Below, in pieces: positions 21,579 through 32,605 of a stretch of 64,000 nucleotides of DNA. A program made the position numbers and the translations under genes. The notes under the pieces were generated by a model. It was not told where the DNA came from. It saw only the letters and a list, made by a program, of their open reading frames with translations, and did no database searches. The DNA comes from Lama guanicoe (lineage: Eukaryota). The stretch lies in the NCBI GenBank assembly GCA_013239625.1, contig MU056802.1, positions 1 through 64,000 of the forward strand, given 5' to 3'. Position 1 is the stretch's first letter; each line of letters begins with the position of its first letter.

Positions 21579-24500
21579 TAGAGACACATTATCTTCACGT
21601 AACCCAATCTCTGTGGCATAATAGCTGTGTCGGGCAAGACTTGGGGCGCCAGTGGCTGCGTCGGGTCACGGGTCACCCCCTGAACCACGAGGCCCCTCTG
21701 ATGCAACAGAAACATCCAGGGCCCACATTCGGCCCTCCGGGGGCCAGAAGGGACACCTGTCCTGAGCCAGCCCTGGACGCCCAGACGTAAGGGGACAAAG
21801 GAATTGCCCATGGCCAGCACGTCCATCCTAGCACCCAGGAAGGGGGGATGTGTGGTCCAGAAGGGAAGAGCGCCACTTAGATCTCCTGGGCAAGGCTGGC
21901 CCACGGCCCGAGGGTCACCCACGGGGACCTGGCTGCACAGTAGGAAGGAGAGATACCTTTCTTCAGACCCAAGATCCACATGGTGTCCAGGGCGTCGATC
22001 AGCGTGAGGCCGAGGCCGAACCACTCACTGAAGGACCTGGACACGGGCCTCAGCTCGTCATGGCCCCAGGCGAACTTGCGGTACCCGGCCCACGCATGGC
22101 GGAAGGCGTCGATCACGGCCTTCTGGCGCTCCTTGGGGGAGGCTGGGGGGTAAGCCAGCTGTGAGGACCAGTCAGCACTGAGACCAGCTGCTCTGTGGTC
22201 CCACAGCGAGCGATGCAGATGGGGGGACACTGTCCAGGCCACAGGAAGCAGGGGACCGCAGAGAAGGCCAGGACGCTCAGTGCCGGACCTGGCCGCCAAG
22301 CCCGGCTGTCCACCTGCACCAGGGGCCTGGCAGGTGTGACCCTCCGGGGCGCCGGGACACTCAAGGAGCAAAGGTAACCGAGGCCCCAGAAGCAAGGCAG
22401 CTGCGCTGCGCAAAGTGGCTGTGGGGACGTCCAACGTGACAGGGGCCGGTGACCCGGACGAGAACACCTGACGAGCATCCCTCCCGGGGCTGCAGGGCTG
22501 GACACGGGACGACAGACCGTCCAGGACCCACGTGTCCTCACTAGCGCTCTAGTGCGTGCCTGGCCCCCGACGCCGGGCCCCCGGGGTGTCCCAGGCTGCG
22601 CAGCGCCCGGAGGCACAGCAGGAGCTGCACCGCCCGCCCCGCGGCGCCTCTGCGTGTCCACACCCCATCTCTGTCCAGATGCCCAGGTGAGGCCCGGGAG
22701 GGCGCAGGCGGGACCTTACCTGCCGGGTTCTGAATCCCGAGGGCCTGTGGGGAAGGCCTAGGGGGGCCCTCTGCCTTCCTAGAAGGGAGCTCGCTGCCCT
22801 GCTCCGGCTCCATCACTGCTCCCCTCCAGCTAGGAGGAGAGAAGGAAAAGCATTCAGAGCAGCTCAGGGGGGCAAATGCCCCGCGGTCGCTGCCCAACTC
22901 AGGCTCGGATGTGCCCTCCACGCGGCAGGACCACGAGGAGGCGGGGCCCTGCCTCACCAGGCGCAGACTGTCTGCCTCAAAGGAGAACACACGGCAAACA
23001 TCATGGGAGTTCTCCTTGTTTTTCGGAAAAGAAAACAGCAAAGAGACCAGCCTCCTGGTTGCTCACGTTCAGACCCGTCTGCCCGCGTACCTGATGGTTC
23101 TCTGCCCCTTTTCGTCCACCGCGTCTGCCCTCCTCTCGGCCTCATCCTGCCCCCTGTCCTTGGAAGCTCTGTCGGGGGCTCTGATCTGCAGGTTGGGTGG
23201 TCCCCGTCGGAAATGCCTTGGAGGCTTCTGGACAAAACAAGAGTCACTCCTGAAAGGGCGCACCTGCCGACGAGCTGCTGTCCTTTTCCGCCCGGGGCGC
23301 TCTCCGTGGCCAGACCCCGCCACGCGGAGTGCCGTGGGCCGGCTGTGCGGCTGTGCTGTCCCAGGGGAAGGTCTTTTCACTTCTCCTGCGATGTGCAGAT
23401 TTGCGGGGAGCTCTGGGTACCCGGACGGAGGCTTTGCCGACGGGCGAGGACAGCCCGGGTCAGCGGGCCAGCCCCGGCCAGGACGTTTACAGACGTCAGA
23501 CCCTAAGGGTGGCCAAGAAGGGGTAGAACCACCGTGTCCCCATGGGCGGAGCTGCAGAGAATGCTGTCGCTGGCCTGCGTCTAGGGCTCCCCAGCTTGGT
23601 CCTCAGAGCACTGTGGCGGGGTGGCCGGGCAGCGACAAAGCGCCGTGCGGGGAGCAGCCCCGCTCCTGGCACAGCCAGTCCCCACCAGCGGGTGTGCTCG
23701 GCCACCGCTCCGGGGAGGGAGGGTTGCCTGCTTGTGAGCGGAAAACCCTTGCTTTTCAGGATCTGTGGCAGCCTCGGGAGAGGGTCTGTGAAGACATCTT
23801 CCTTGCAAAGATTCAAACCCCAGGAGCTGGGGCCCCTGGGCCAAGAGAAGGGGGCCTGGCCGAGACGAGGCACTGCAGCCAAAGTAGGCCTGGACGAGTG
23901 CTGGGGTCCAGGCGACAGAAGGTCTAAGAAGGTGGCCTCCAGAAGCCCAGCGTGCCCGAGGGGACTTGGGCCAGGGAAGAGGCACACACTCACCCCGTCA
24001 CGTCCACGCCCCTCCTGGACACCAGCGCCCGGCTCGTGGACGTCGAGGTGTGGACGTGTGTCTTTCAGTTGGGGAAACGCGCCACCTTGTGCTTTCACAC
24101 GACCGTGAAGGTCAGCGTGCAAGAGCGCGGCCGCAGGAGGGACAGAATGCGTTTGGGCTCTTGAGGGGAGAAATCTGGCCTTTTCCACAGGCCCTCACGC
24201 CAGACACGGGAGAGCGGCCTCCTGTCTCTCCCCAGGGCAGCCCTGCAGGGTGTGAGCCAGCACCTGGCCCGGATCCCCTCCTGGCGGCCCCGGCACCCAG
24301 CCAGCGGGGGAGGCTCCCCAGGTGCACAGCTCCCAGTTCTCCAAGGCCAGCCCACGAGCCACCTGCCTTTGGAGGGGTCCTTCCCTGGCTCTCTCGCTGC
24401 CAATGACGCCCTCTAATCTCCACACCCTGCACTGCACGCGTGGGGCTGCCGCAGAGCTAGGCCTGCCCCTTTCCTCCAGCCTTTGTGGACGCCACGCACC

Positions 24501-25175
24501 CCTGCACCTGAGCACTCCCAAACCTGTATCCCAGGATGCAACTCTGACCCTCGGGGCCCCCACACCTCCGTCTGGGCACAGCCCGGGCCAGGACCTCCCA
24601 GAGAGAAGGGATGGGTTTTGTTCACACCCTGCCGGGGTCCGGCCCTGCAGGTGTGCAAGTAAGACGAGCAAAGAACATTCCTCCTCCTCTCCCTGCTACC
24701 ACTTGCCCGACCAGCCCTGAGCAAGGAGGGTGAGGTTAAAGCCTCCAACAGACGGGAGAAAAAGAGTTCTCCCCAGTCTGCCTGAAACAGCACGTACTGC
24801 TCTGAAGTGCTTCTGGAACGGACCCGCTTACAAGTCCACACACAGTGTATTCAAAGTACCTGCGGTGAGAGCCCCGGGAAGGTTTCTGGGTGAGCGTCTG
24901 CTTTCTGAGGGGCTGGCAGGACCGGTGGGTTTGCTGGTCTCATCCTCTGCCCTTCCGCTGACCTGTTCTCGGCTGAACAAGAGAACCTGTTTTATCTCAA
25001 GTCCGCCACGAGGCCTGCAGGAGGTTCAGAGCGCCCCGAGGACAACGTCCACACACGTGTTACTCCCTGTACAAGGACGTGGGAGACCTCAGAAGAGGCG
25101 CCAAAGGAAGCCAAGAATGGCCAAAGGGAATCCAACCTTCCCCAAAGCGCCTGGCGGTCCCGACGCCCCCCCCCC
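21578..25175 (-). repeat. Inverted duplicate arm B = reverse complement of 1-3598 (MAN1B1 intron 2 to intron 6); probably continues beyond 25175 with its partner outside the window
   Basis: Paired coordinates sum to 25176 (ORF 335..763+ mirrors 24413..24841-; 1249..2265- mirrors 22911..23927+). Confidence 0.97.
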
Positions 25176-27019
25176 CACAGCACACAACACTCCCCTCGCA
25201 GTTTTGGTTTCAGCACGTATGGACGGTGGCAAGCGGGCAGTCTGCTCGAGCACCCACTGGGCCTTTAGTTTTCCTCCTCCAGAGCCAGTTCAGAGGAGCT
25301 CGGGAGGGGTCCTCCGCGTGTGTGCCGGCACCCGGCCCGCTCCGTCCCCAGCGCCCGGCAGCACGCGTGAGGATGTTCCCGGAACGTGTCTGGACTGAGC
25401 CTCCACCCTCAGGACCTGAATCTCACTGTGAGACGGAGGAGCAGGTGCCAGCGCTTAACCAGACGCCCGGGAAACAGCCAGCCGGCCTCAGAGTGACACC
25501 CACGTTGCAGCCAGGTGCTGGGGACGCTCTCGGCCTGTCTCTCCATTTCCATTTCCTGCCAGTCTGTGAGGTCCCCCTCCTGCAGCTGCGAGGTCGCTGC
25601 GCTACTGCCTAGTCACCCCCAGCCCCCTCAGCTGTCCCGTCAGGAGGGTGCCGCGGGTACCTGGCCACTGGTCAGACGTGCTGACGTAGGTCAGGAGGCC
25701 ACAGAGCATCAGAAAGGCCAGCAGGAAGAGAATGGCGTTCCGCTGAAACCTGGACAGCTGCTTCCATTTCTGAGGGCGGGCAGAGAACGACACTCTTTAC
25801 TGACAGTAACACAACGGGAAACCTCAACTGTGGCAAACTCCTTGAGGACGAGGAGGAATTCAGAAGGTCCAGTGAGGGGCCCTGTTGCTTTTGAAATGCG
25901 GGAAGCTCCGTCTCAGCGGGGACCACACTGCAGCTGACACACGGCACTGGTGGCGCGATGCGAACGAACACACACGTCGGAAGCGCTTCCGCCCCACGCG
26001 TGGGCAGTGGAGAGAGACGGGCAACTCTCGTGTCCCGGCTGAGGCCGGGGGGGCCTTGCCTCTGCTGAGATGTGCGGGGCCGCCGCCCCGCAGCCCGGGA
26101 CCCGGGACAGCAGGACCGGTGGCCCCCACCTCCTCGCCCCTGAAAATGTGCAAGTTCTTTGTGTCTCATTAAAGACTTTGTGGAACGGAAATTGAGTACT
26201 AACTGACTATGGTTTTGGCCGCTGGATATTCTTGACCCATTAGGTCTTATAATAGGACCACTGTGCCCTCAGCAAACACAATTTATTGAGGTGAGGTCAA
26301 GTACAATTTGCACAACTTAAATTTGGGATCAGTGATATAATGGAAACTTACGAACCAGAAGGGGCCTGTTGGGCGCCCAGGAAAAGGGGATGGGTGTTGT
26401 GCTTCTCCTTAATTACTATGAGACCATGGAGTCTGAAATCACAGAATGAAGGTAAGGGAGATTTGTTTGTGTTGTTTGTCACCTCTCAGTAGCCAGACCA
26501 AAATCTCCTGATTCTAGACAGAAGTAAAAGAAAATCACCTCTCAGGATGTAAATCCAGGTCAGAGAAAGAAGTCTGTATAAAGCTTAAAACGGTGACTGG
26601 GGCAAAGTTTGTCCAGAGGAAACAAGATTGAGAAGAAACCTTCTGAATGTCTTAGCTCTAGAGGCCAGCATGAGGACGGACTGATAGACAATGTTGAAGA
26701 CATTAGAAAGCCGAGAGGCAGACAAACCATCAGGAAGCAGATGTTAGAGACCAGAATAAAACTGCACCAAGTTGAAACAGAAATGTAATCAGATTACTAA
26801 AACACCACTAAGGGGCTTACTCCTAGGAACACACACACAGCAATGCTGCGGTGTGAATGGAACACCAGATGTCCGCTCAGCGTGGACTGACTTCCCGGCC
26901 AAGGGCAGGGACCACCTCGGGCACGCAGAGGCACGAGGCCTTCAGACAGGTCCGTCTGAGGGTTCCGTCCAAGGCCACGAACCTCCCTCTGTGAAGCCTT
27001 TCTGTGAGGAACACGCCCC

Positions 27020-27255
27020 ACAGGAGGGACTGGACCCGGGCAGGAGGACGGACTGGACCCTGGCAGGAGGGGGGACTGGACTCCCGCAGAAGAGGGGACT
27101 GGACCCCCGCAGGAGGGGGGACTGGACCCCGGCAGGAGGAGGGGCTGGACCCCCGCGGGAGGAGGGGCTGGACCCCGGCGGGAGGAGGGGCTGGACCCCC
27201 GCGGGAGGGGGGCTGGACCCCCGCGGGAGGCGGGCTGGACCCCCGCGGGGGGGGT
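27020..27255. repeat. G-rich ~22-bp VNTR (GGAGGGGCTGGACCCCCGCGG-like) in intron 1 of the MAN1B1 copy
   Basis: About 10 imperfect copies of (GA)GGGGCTGGACCCC visible. Confidence 0.85.
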
Positions 27256-27279
27256 AAGCCTCTGATTGGGGCCCCTTGC

Positions 27280-28040
27280 GGGCGGCAGGCGGCCGCGTCG
27301 TCCGTGCTCAGGCGACAGTGTGACAGCGCCGGCCTCAGCCGTCTCATCGCGTCCCAGACGACCTCGTCCGAGGCTGGGTCCCAGGCGTCTCGGTCCGGCT
27401 GTCGCCGCCGCGGCCGAGCCCTGGACGCCAGGGGCTCCTCCGTCCTCCCCGAGGCACCGGCGCAGGCTCGGCCCGGCCGGGGACCGCGACGGCCTCCCGC
27501 CCGCGCCGCGCGGCCCCGCAGTCCCGGCCGGCGGCCCTCACCGAGCGGCGCCGCCAGCCGCTGCCGCGCTCAGAGCTGCGGCCGGGGCTCAGCCTCAGCG
27601 CGAAGCAGTCCCCACGCGGCGCGGGGGGCGGATACATGGCCCGGACGGCCCTCGGGGGTCCGGAGGCCGGCTCGGAGCGGGCGCGGAGCTCGCCGGCCTA
27701 AAGCCGCTGCTGGCGGCTAGCGCCGCGCCCTCCACGACCGGCCTCCGCGAGCGCAGCGCGCACGCGCAGGGATGGGACCTGGGGCGCCGTTCTGCGCCTG
27801 CGCAGGCCTCCTCCGAGCTGGGCGCTGGCCATGGCAACAGAAGCGCGCGGCGGCCATGGCAACAGAAGCGCTCGGCTTCCGCGCGGGCAGGTCTCCCGCC
27901 GCTCCGCCAGGCTGGCAGGGAGCTCCCGCGCCCCGGACCCGGGGCCCCACCCGCCCCAACACCAGGCAGATTTGAGGAGGGTTCCCGGCCATCAGTCCTT
28001 TCGCTGAGGCCGCCCGCTGAGTTGGACAGACGCGCTCTGG
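27280..28040 (-). promoter_or_regulatory. CpG-island promoter of the MAN1B1 copy
   Basis: Dense CpG; NRF1-like TGCGCCTGCGCA at 27793-27804; two copies of GGCCATGGCAACAGAAGCGC (27827-27846, 27852-27871) containing an RFX X-box-like GTTGCCATGG. Confidence 0.75.
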
Positions 28041-28098
28041 GAGTTTTCATCCACTGGACCTGTAAAAACTAATAAAACTTTATTTAAAATAGAGTCGA

Positions 28099-28250
28099 AG
28101 GGGAGGGTATATAGCTCAAGTGGTAGAGCACATGATTAGCATGCATGACGTCCTGGGTTCGGTCCCCAGTACCTCCGTTTAAAAAGAAAAATTAATAATA
28201 GATTGAAAACTAATAGACCTAATGACCCCCCCCCCAATAAAACAAATAAA
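28099..28250 (+). mobile_element. tRNA-derived SINE, Vic-1-like (camelid)
   Basis: GGGAGGGTATATAGCTCAAGTGGTAGAG (A box) ... GTCCTGGGTTCGGTCCCCAGTACCTCC (B box), then an A-rich segment, a C-run and an A-rich tail. Confidence 0.8.
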
Positions 28251-28261
28251 TGAATGAAACG

Positions 28262-28990
28262 GAGTTGAGAGGCCAGAAAGGGGAGCTCTCACGCCCTACC
28301 ACTCAGCCTCAATTTCAGACCCAACAGGAAGGTTCCTACATACTACCCAGCAGGAGGAAGGGAGATTTTTCTCCCTGCCCGGCAACAGCCCAGCCAATGA
28401 GAGACCATCACAGCTCAGCCAGTGAAAAGCCACTACACCTCCAATTCCCATTTTCCTCCAATGGACTCTTTGTTTAGATCAGCCCCTCCCAACTCCCCTT
28501 CTCCTCTATAAAATCATTTCCTCGCCTTTGTTCTCTGTCCTCACCCGTGGTTCACCATAGGTTGCTTATCCTGAACTCCAGGTCTTTACTGTTCCCAAAT
28601 AAACCTATTTTGCTGGTAAAATAATTGGTTGTTAACAGTCAATTACAACCTGCAATAGAACCTTCAACAGGAAAGTACCAACAATCAGAGGCTCCAGTGG
28701 GAAAAGGTATACATTGCATCTCCCACAAGAAATCAACCACCCTAGCAACGCATCTGATGAGAAACACTTCTCACCCTGAACTCTCTCATTTTTCCACTGG
28801 GCTTTCATTCAGAAAACACCTCTCAACTTCATTTTTCCCTGTAAAATAAGCGTTGCCCTCCTTTGCTGGATCTACCCACGGCTTTTGCTGTAAGCTTGCT
28901 TGTCCCAAATTGCAATTCCTCTGCTGTTCCCAAATAAGCTCGCTTTTGCTGGTAAAATAACTGGCTGCTTATTTTTAAGATCAACAGACT
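28262..28990 (+). mobile_element. ERV LTR-like element with an internal ~335-bp diverged duplication
   Basis: CCAAT (cagccaatga), TATA (ctctataaaa) and AATAAA in LTR order; ttcccaaataa...ttttgctggtaaaataa occurs at about 28592 and again at about 28927. Confidence 0.55.
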
Positions 28991-29739
28991 AGCTAGTTTT
29001 CAGGATGTGCTCAAGATCACTTGGCTGTGAGCATGTTTTTCCCTCAACAAACAAGGTAAAGCACCCCTGTATTACCCAGGACTGCTCAGCTGAGGGCCCC
29101 GTCCAGCACTTTTCTCGGGCCAGCCTCAAACTCGGTCCCTCCCTTGTGCTTTCAGGACAGGCTGCCCCCTCCCCTGTTGGTGAGCCCACTGCTTCCTGCA
29201 GTCCTGTCCATGACATTCCTGGGTGTTACAGGAGCTCCTCGGTGCCTGCACCTCCCGCTCAGCTCCTTGGCTTGTCTGAGCCTGCTCCAGAAAGATCTTC
29301 CTCCCCTCCTGCCTCTTCCTTTCTCAGGGCCGTCCCTGAGGTCTCTGTAGGTCTTACCCCACTCACAGCTCTGCTGGCAGTTCCAGCGACACCCTCAGGC
29401 ACCTGTCCCTGCACAACCCATTGTCAGGGAAATGGTGGCATCTGAAGGATGCATGTGCAGGAGGGTGAGTCACGGCTCTCAAAGCTGGGGGCGCAGGAGC
29501 CCATCCCTGGAGCACTGGCTCAAGGGGCAGGTTCTGGGCCGGCCCCCAGGGTGCCTGACTCTCTAGGCTGTCTCGGGCTCCCCTGAGAGCCTGGGCAGAG
29601 CTGGCCGGGACTACGGGGCAGGGGGCAGCCCAGAGCGGCTTCAGCTCAGCTGATCAATGGTCTGATTAGCATAAGGCTTCTTATTGTTTACCCTGAAGTT
29701 AGAAAGCAAAGCAACACCTTCAGAGTTCTGAGGGGGAGA

Positions 29740-31560
29740 AGGGAACTCTTTGTTCCTAGTAAGATTTTTGTCTTAAAGTTGATTTCATCTGATTTGAGTA
29801 TAGCTACTCCAGCTCTTATGGTTGCTGTCTGCATGATATATCATTCTCCAACATAACAATTGAAACACATATGCACCTAAGAACAAGGTCCAAAAGCACG
29901 GAGCAAAAAGCTTACAGTGAAGAGAGATTTAGACAATTCGAAGTTAATATTTAATGTCCCACTTTCAATAATAGCTAGAACTTGGCATAGCATAAACAGT
30001 GGCTAGAAGGTGTGGACAGTGCTAGCAACTGACTTGACCTCACTGGCATGTGTAGAGCACTCTGCCCCAGACGGCACAGCACACATTCTTCCCAAGTGTG
30101 CATGAACATTCTTCAGCAGGACCACATGTCACACCATGAAGCAAGTCTACACACATTTAGAGTGTTTCAAGTCGTGCAATACATGTTCTAACCACAATGG
30201 AAGGAATCTAAAAAGAAAAATAAAGCCTTTGGTAATCCCAAAATACTGGGGAAATTCAAACAACACACTTCTAAATCAACCACGGTTCAAAGAAGAAGTC
30301 ACAAGGGGAATCAAAAACAGTTCGAACTGAATGAAAACTGAAAATAAACCAAAAGTTATGGGATGCAACTAAGGCAGAGCTTAGAGGAAAATGTGTAACT
30401 GTAAACATTTATATTGGAAGAGATTTAAAAATCTCAAATTTTAAAACCAAAGTTTCTATCTTAAGCAGCTAGGGGGAAAAAAGCCTCAAACTAAACCAAA
30501 AGCAAGCAAAAGAAAAGAATAAAGTTTAGAGAAATCAATGAAAGAGGAAGCAGAAAAATAACAGAGAAAATCAATAAATTTAATAAAAAATCAAAACATT
30601 TTTAAAAATAAATTTTCAAAAATTAAAAAAAAATTAATTCAAAATGGATCGTAGACCTAAATGTAAGAAACAAAAGTGCAAAACTCTTGAAGAAAACATA
30701 AAATAAAGTCTTTGCAGCTTGGTTAGGCAGGTAGTTTAGATACACCAAAGTGCAATCAGGAAAAGGAAAAGAATTGGTAATAGGCCTTCATCAAAATGTA
30801 AAGCTCTTGCACTTTAAAGAGAACACTAAGAAAATAGGGGAGGGTACAGCTCAGTGGTAGAGTGAATGCTTAGCTTGCACGAGGTCCTGGGTTCAATCCC
30901 CAGTACCTCCACTAAAAATAAATAAATAAGCTTAATTACATCCACCACCACCCCCAAAAAAGGCAATCTTTAGAAAATGACAATATTTTCACAGACTTGG
31001 GAAAGTGTTTACAAAACATGTATCTGATAGAAGGGTTTCATCCATAATATATAAAAACATTAACAACTCAATATCAAGAAGAAAATCAACCCAGTTAATA
31101 CGGGCAACAGAGTTGAGTAGACGTTTCTCCAAAGAGAATATACGTAAGGCCAATACGCACATGAAAAAGTTCTCAGCGCCATCAGTCACTAGGGGAAACG
31201 CTCATTAAAAGGAGCTGCCCACAGTGAGGTGCGTTTACACTTATTGAAACACTTCACCTAATGACAGAAAAACACACAATTTCCTCTAGTGCTCATAGAA
31301 CATTCACCAAAAAAACTGTATTATGGACTGCAAAAGAAGTCTCAGCACATTTGAAATCATACAACCTATGTTCTCTGATCACACTGAGGTTAAAGTAAAA
31401 ATCAATAGCAGAAATACATGCGGAAAAACTCCAGATGTCTGACAATTAAGCAGCACCCTGCTAAGCAAGCCGTAAGTCAAAGAGGGAATCACAGGGGAAA
31501 TCGGAAAACACGGGAGACGCATGAAGCCCGCCACAGCCCGTCGGAGTCTGCAGGGCTCAC
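29740..31560 (+). mobile_element. Old LINE-1 ORF2 fragments, mostly sense
   Basis: A-rich L1-like text (aaacaacacacttctaaatcaacc...aaagaagaagtcacaaggg; aaaatggatcgtagacctaaatgtaaga); boundaries approximate. Confidence 0.75.
30837..30962 (+). mobile_element. tRNA-derived SINE, Vic-1-like, inserted in L1
   Basis: GGGGAGGGTACAGCTCAGTGGTAGAG...GAGGTCCTGGGTTCAATCCCCAGTACCTCC followed by AAATAAATAAAT; flanking AGAAAAT may be a target-site duplication. Confidence 0.85.
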
Positions 31561-32089
31561 GGCGGGGCTCAGTGGGGACTTCACAAGGAAATGGAAGTCT
31601 GGACTCCTCCTTCACAAGACCTGCTCCCCCCCACATCCCCATTCCCAGTGGTGGTGCCACGACCCTCTCATTGCGCAGGACGAAAGCTTTGGCGTTCCTC
31701 TTGGATCCTTGCCTTCCTCATCCTGTGTCCGGTCACCTGCACGCCTTCTGCTGGGCACACCAATCATCCCAGTGACTTCCTGGCCAGCCACTCAGCTTCC
31801 TCCCTCGGTTATCCACACGGCAGCCAGGTGGTCCTTTCTAAAACGTAAAGTGAACCGTGAGAAGAGAAAAGACTCTCCTGGTCTAGTCCCTCCAATGGCT
31901 CCTCATCCCAGAATAAACCTGGAGCCCTGGTTACGGTCGTCTCTGTCCCGCAGGACCTGGCCCATGACCTCTCTGGCCTCCTCCTGTCTCCCCATCGCTC
32001 CCTCTGCTCCGTGGCCACCCCTCTCCCTGGAGCACCCTTTCCGCAGGTATCTGCTTGCTCCCTCATTTCATTCCGAAAAATAGCAACCT

Positions 32090-32605
32090 GTATTGATCAG
32101 GCAGTCATCTACAGCTGCACGGCAAATTATTCCAAAACTCAGGGTCTAAAACAACAACAAACATTTATCATCTCTCACAGTTTCCGTTGTCAGGAATTCT
32201 GGAGCAGCTTGAAAGGTAGTTCAGGTTCAGGGTCTCTCGCGAGGTGACAATCGAGAGGTCAGCCAGGCCTGCAGGCTTGAAGGCTCCGTGGGGGACTGGA
32301 GGCCTCTAGACTTTCCAAGGTGGTTCGCTCCCACGGCTGGCGAGTCAGTGCTGGCCACTGGCAGGAGGCTGTCGGCGAGGAGTTCCTCTCCACACTGGCC
32401 TCCCCCAGGGCAGGTGACCCAGGAAGGACAATGTCAGAGGGAGGCTGTTCTGCTCAGCTCAGAAGTCACACACTGTCATTTCTGCCAGGTTCCTCTCAGT
32501 AGGAGGGTCGTTTAGTCCATCCACATTCAGAGAGAGCAGAATTGGGCTCCCCCCTCAAAGGGATGCACGTCAGGGAAATTGCAGGCACGTTAAAACCGCC
32601 ACACA
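32090..32605. mobile_element. MLT1-like LTR remnant
   Basis: aaacaacaacaaacatttatcatctctcacagttt...tcaggaattctggagcagctt and agaagtcacacactgtcatttctgcc resemble MLT1 consensus. Confidence 0.55.

Larger units (their letters stand above)
20816..27637 (-). pseudogene. MAN1B1: Duplicated MAN1B1 lacking exons 7-12 (pseudogene or truncated paralog). Exons: 27542-27637, 25661-25769, 24860-24972, 23091-23227, 22720-22829, 21957-22142, 20816-21019
   Basis: Exon 1 MYPPPAPRGD...WRRRS|gtgagg; exon 2 [29 protein letters not shown] (TM anchor); exons 3-6 and 13 mirror the + copy with intact splice sites; intron 6 is fused to intron 12 at 21578. Confidence 0.9.

Noticed and set aside
27020-27255. CRISPR-like array
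   Set aside because: Eukaryotic context with adjacent degenerate units and no unique spacers; it is a VNTR.
20127-27637. MAN1B1 copy as a retrocopy or semi-processed pseudogene
   Set aside because: It retains introns and the promoter, the exon loss has intronic breakpoints, and there is no poly(A) tail; a DNA-level duplication fits better.
28099-30962. tRNA genes at about 28100 and 30840
   Set aside because: A and B boxes are present but are followed by SINE body and A-rich tails; these are tRNA-derived SINEs.
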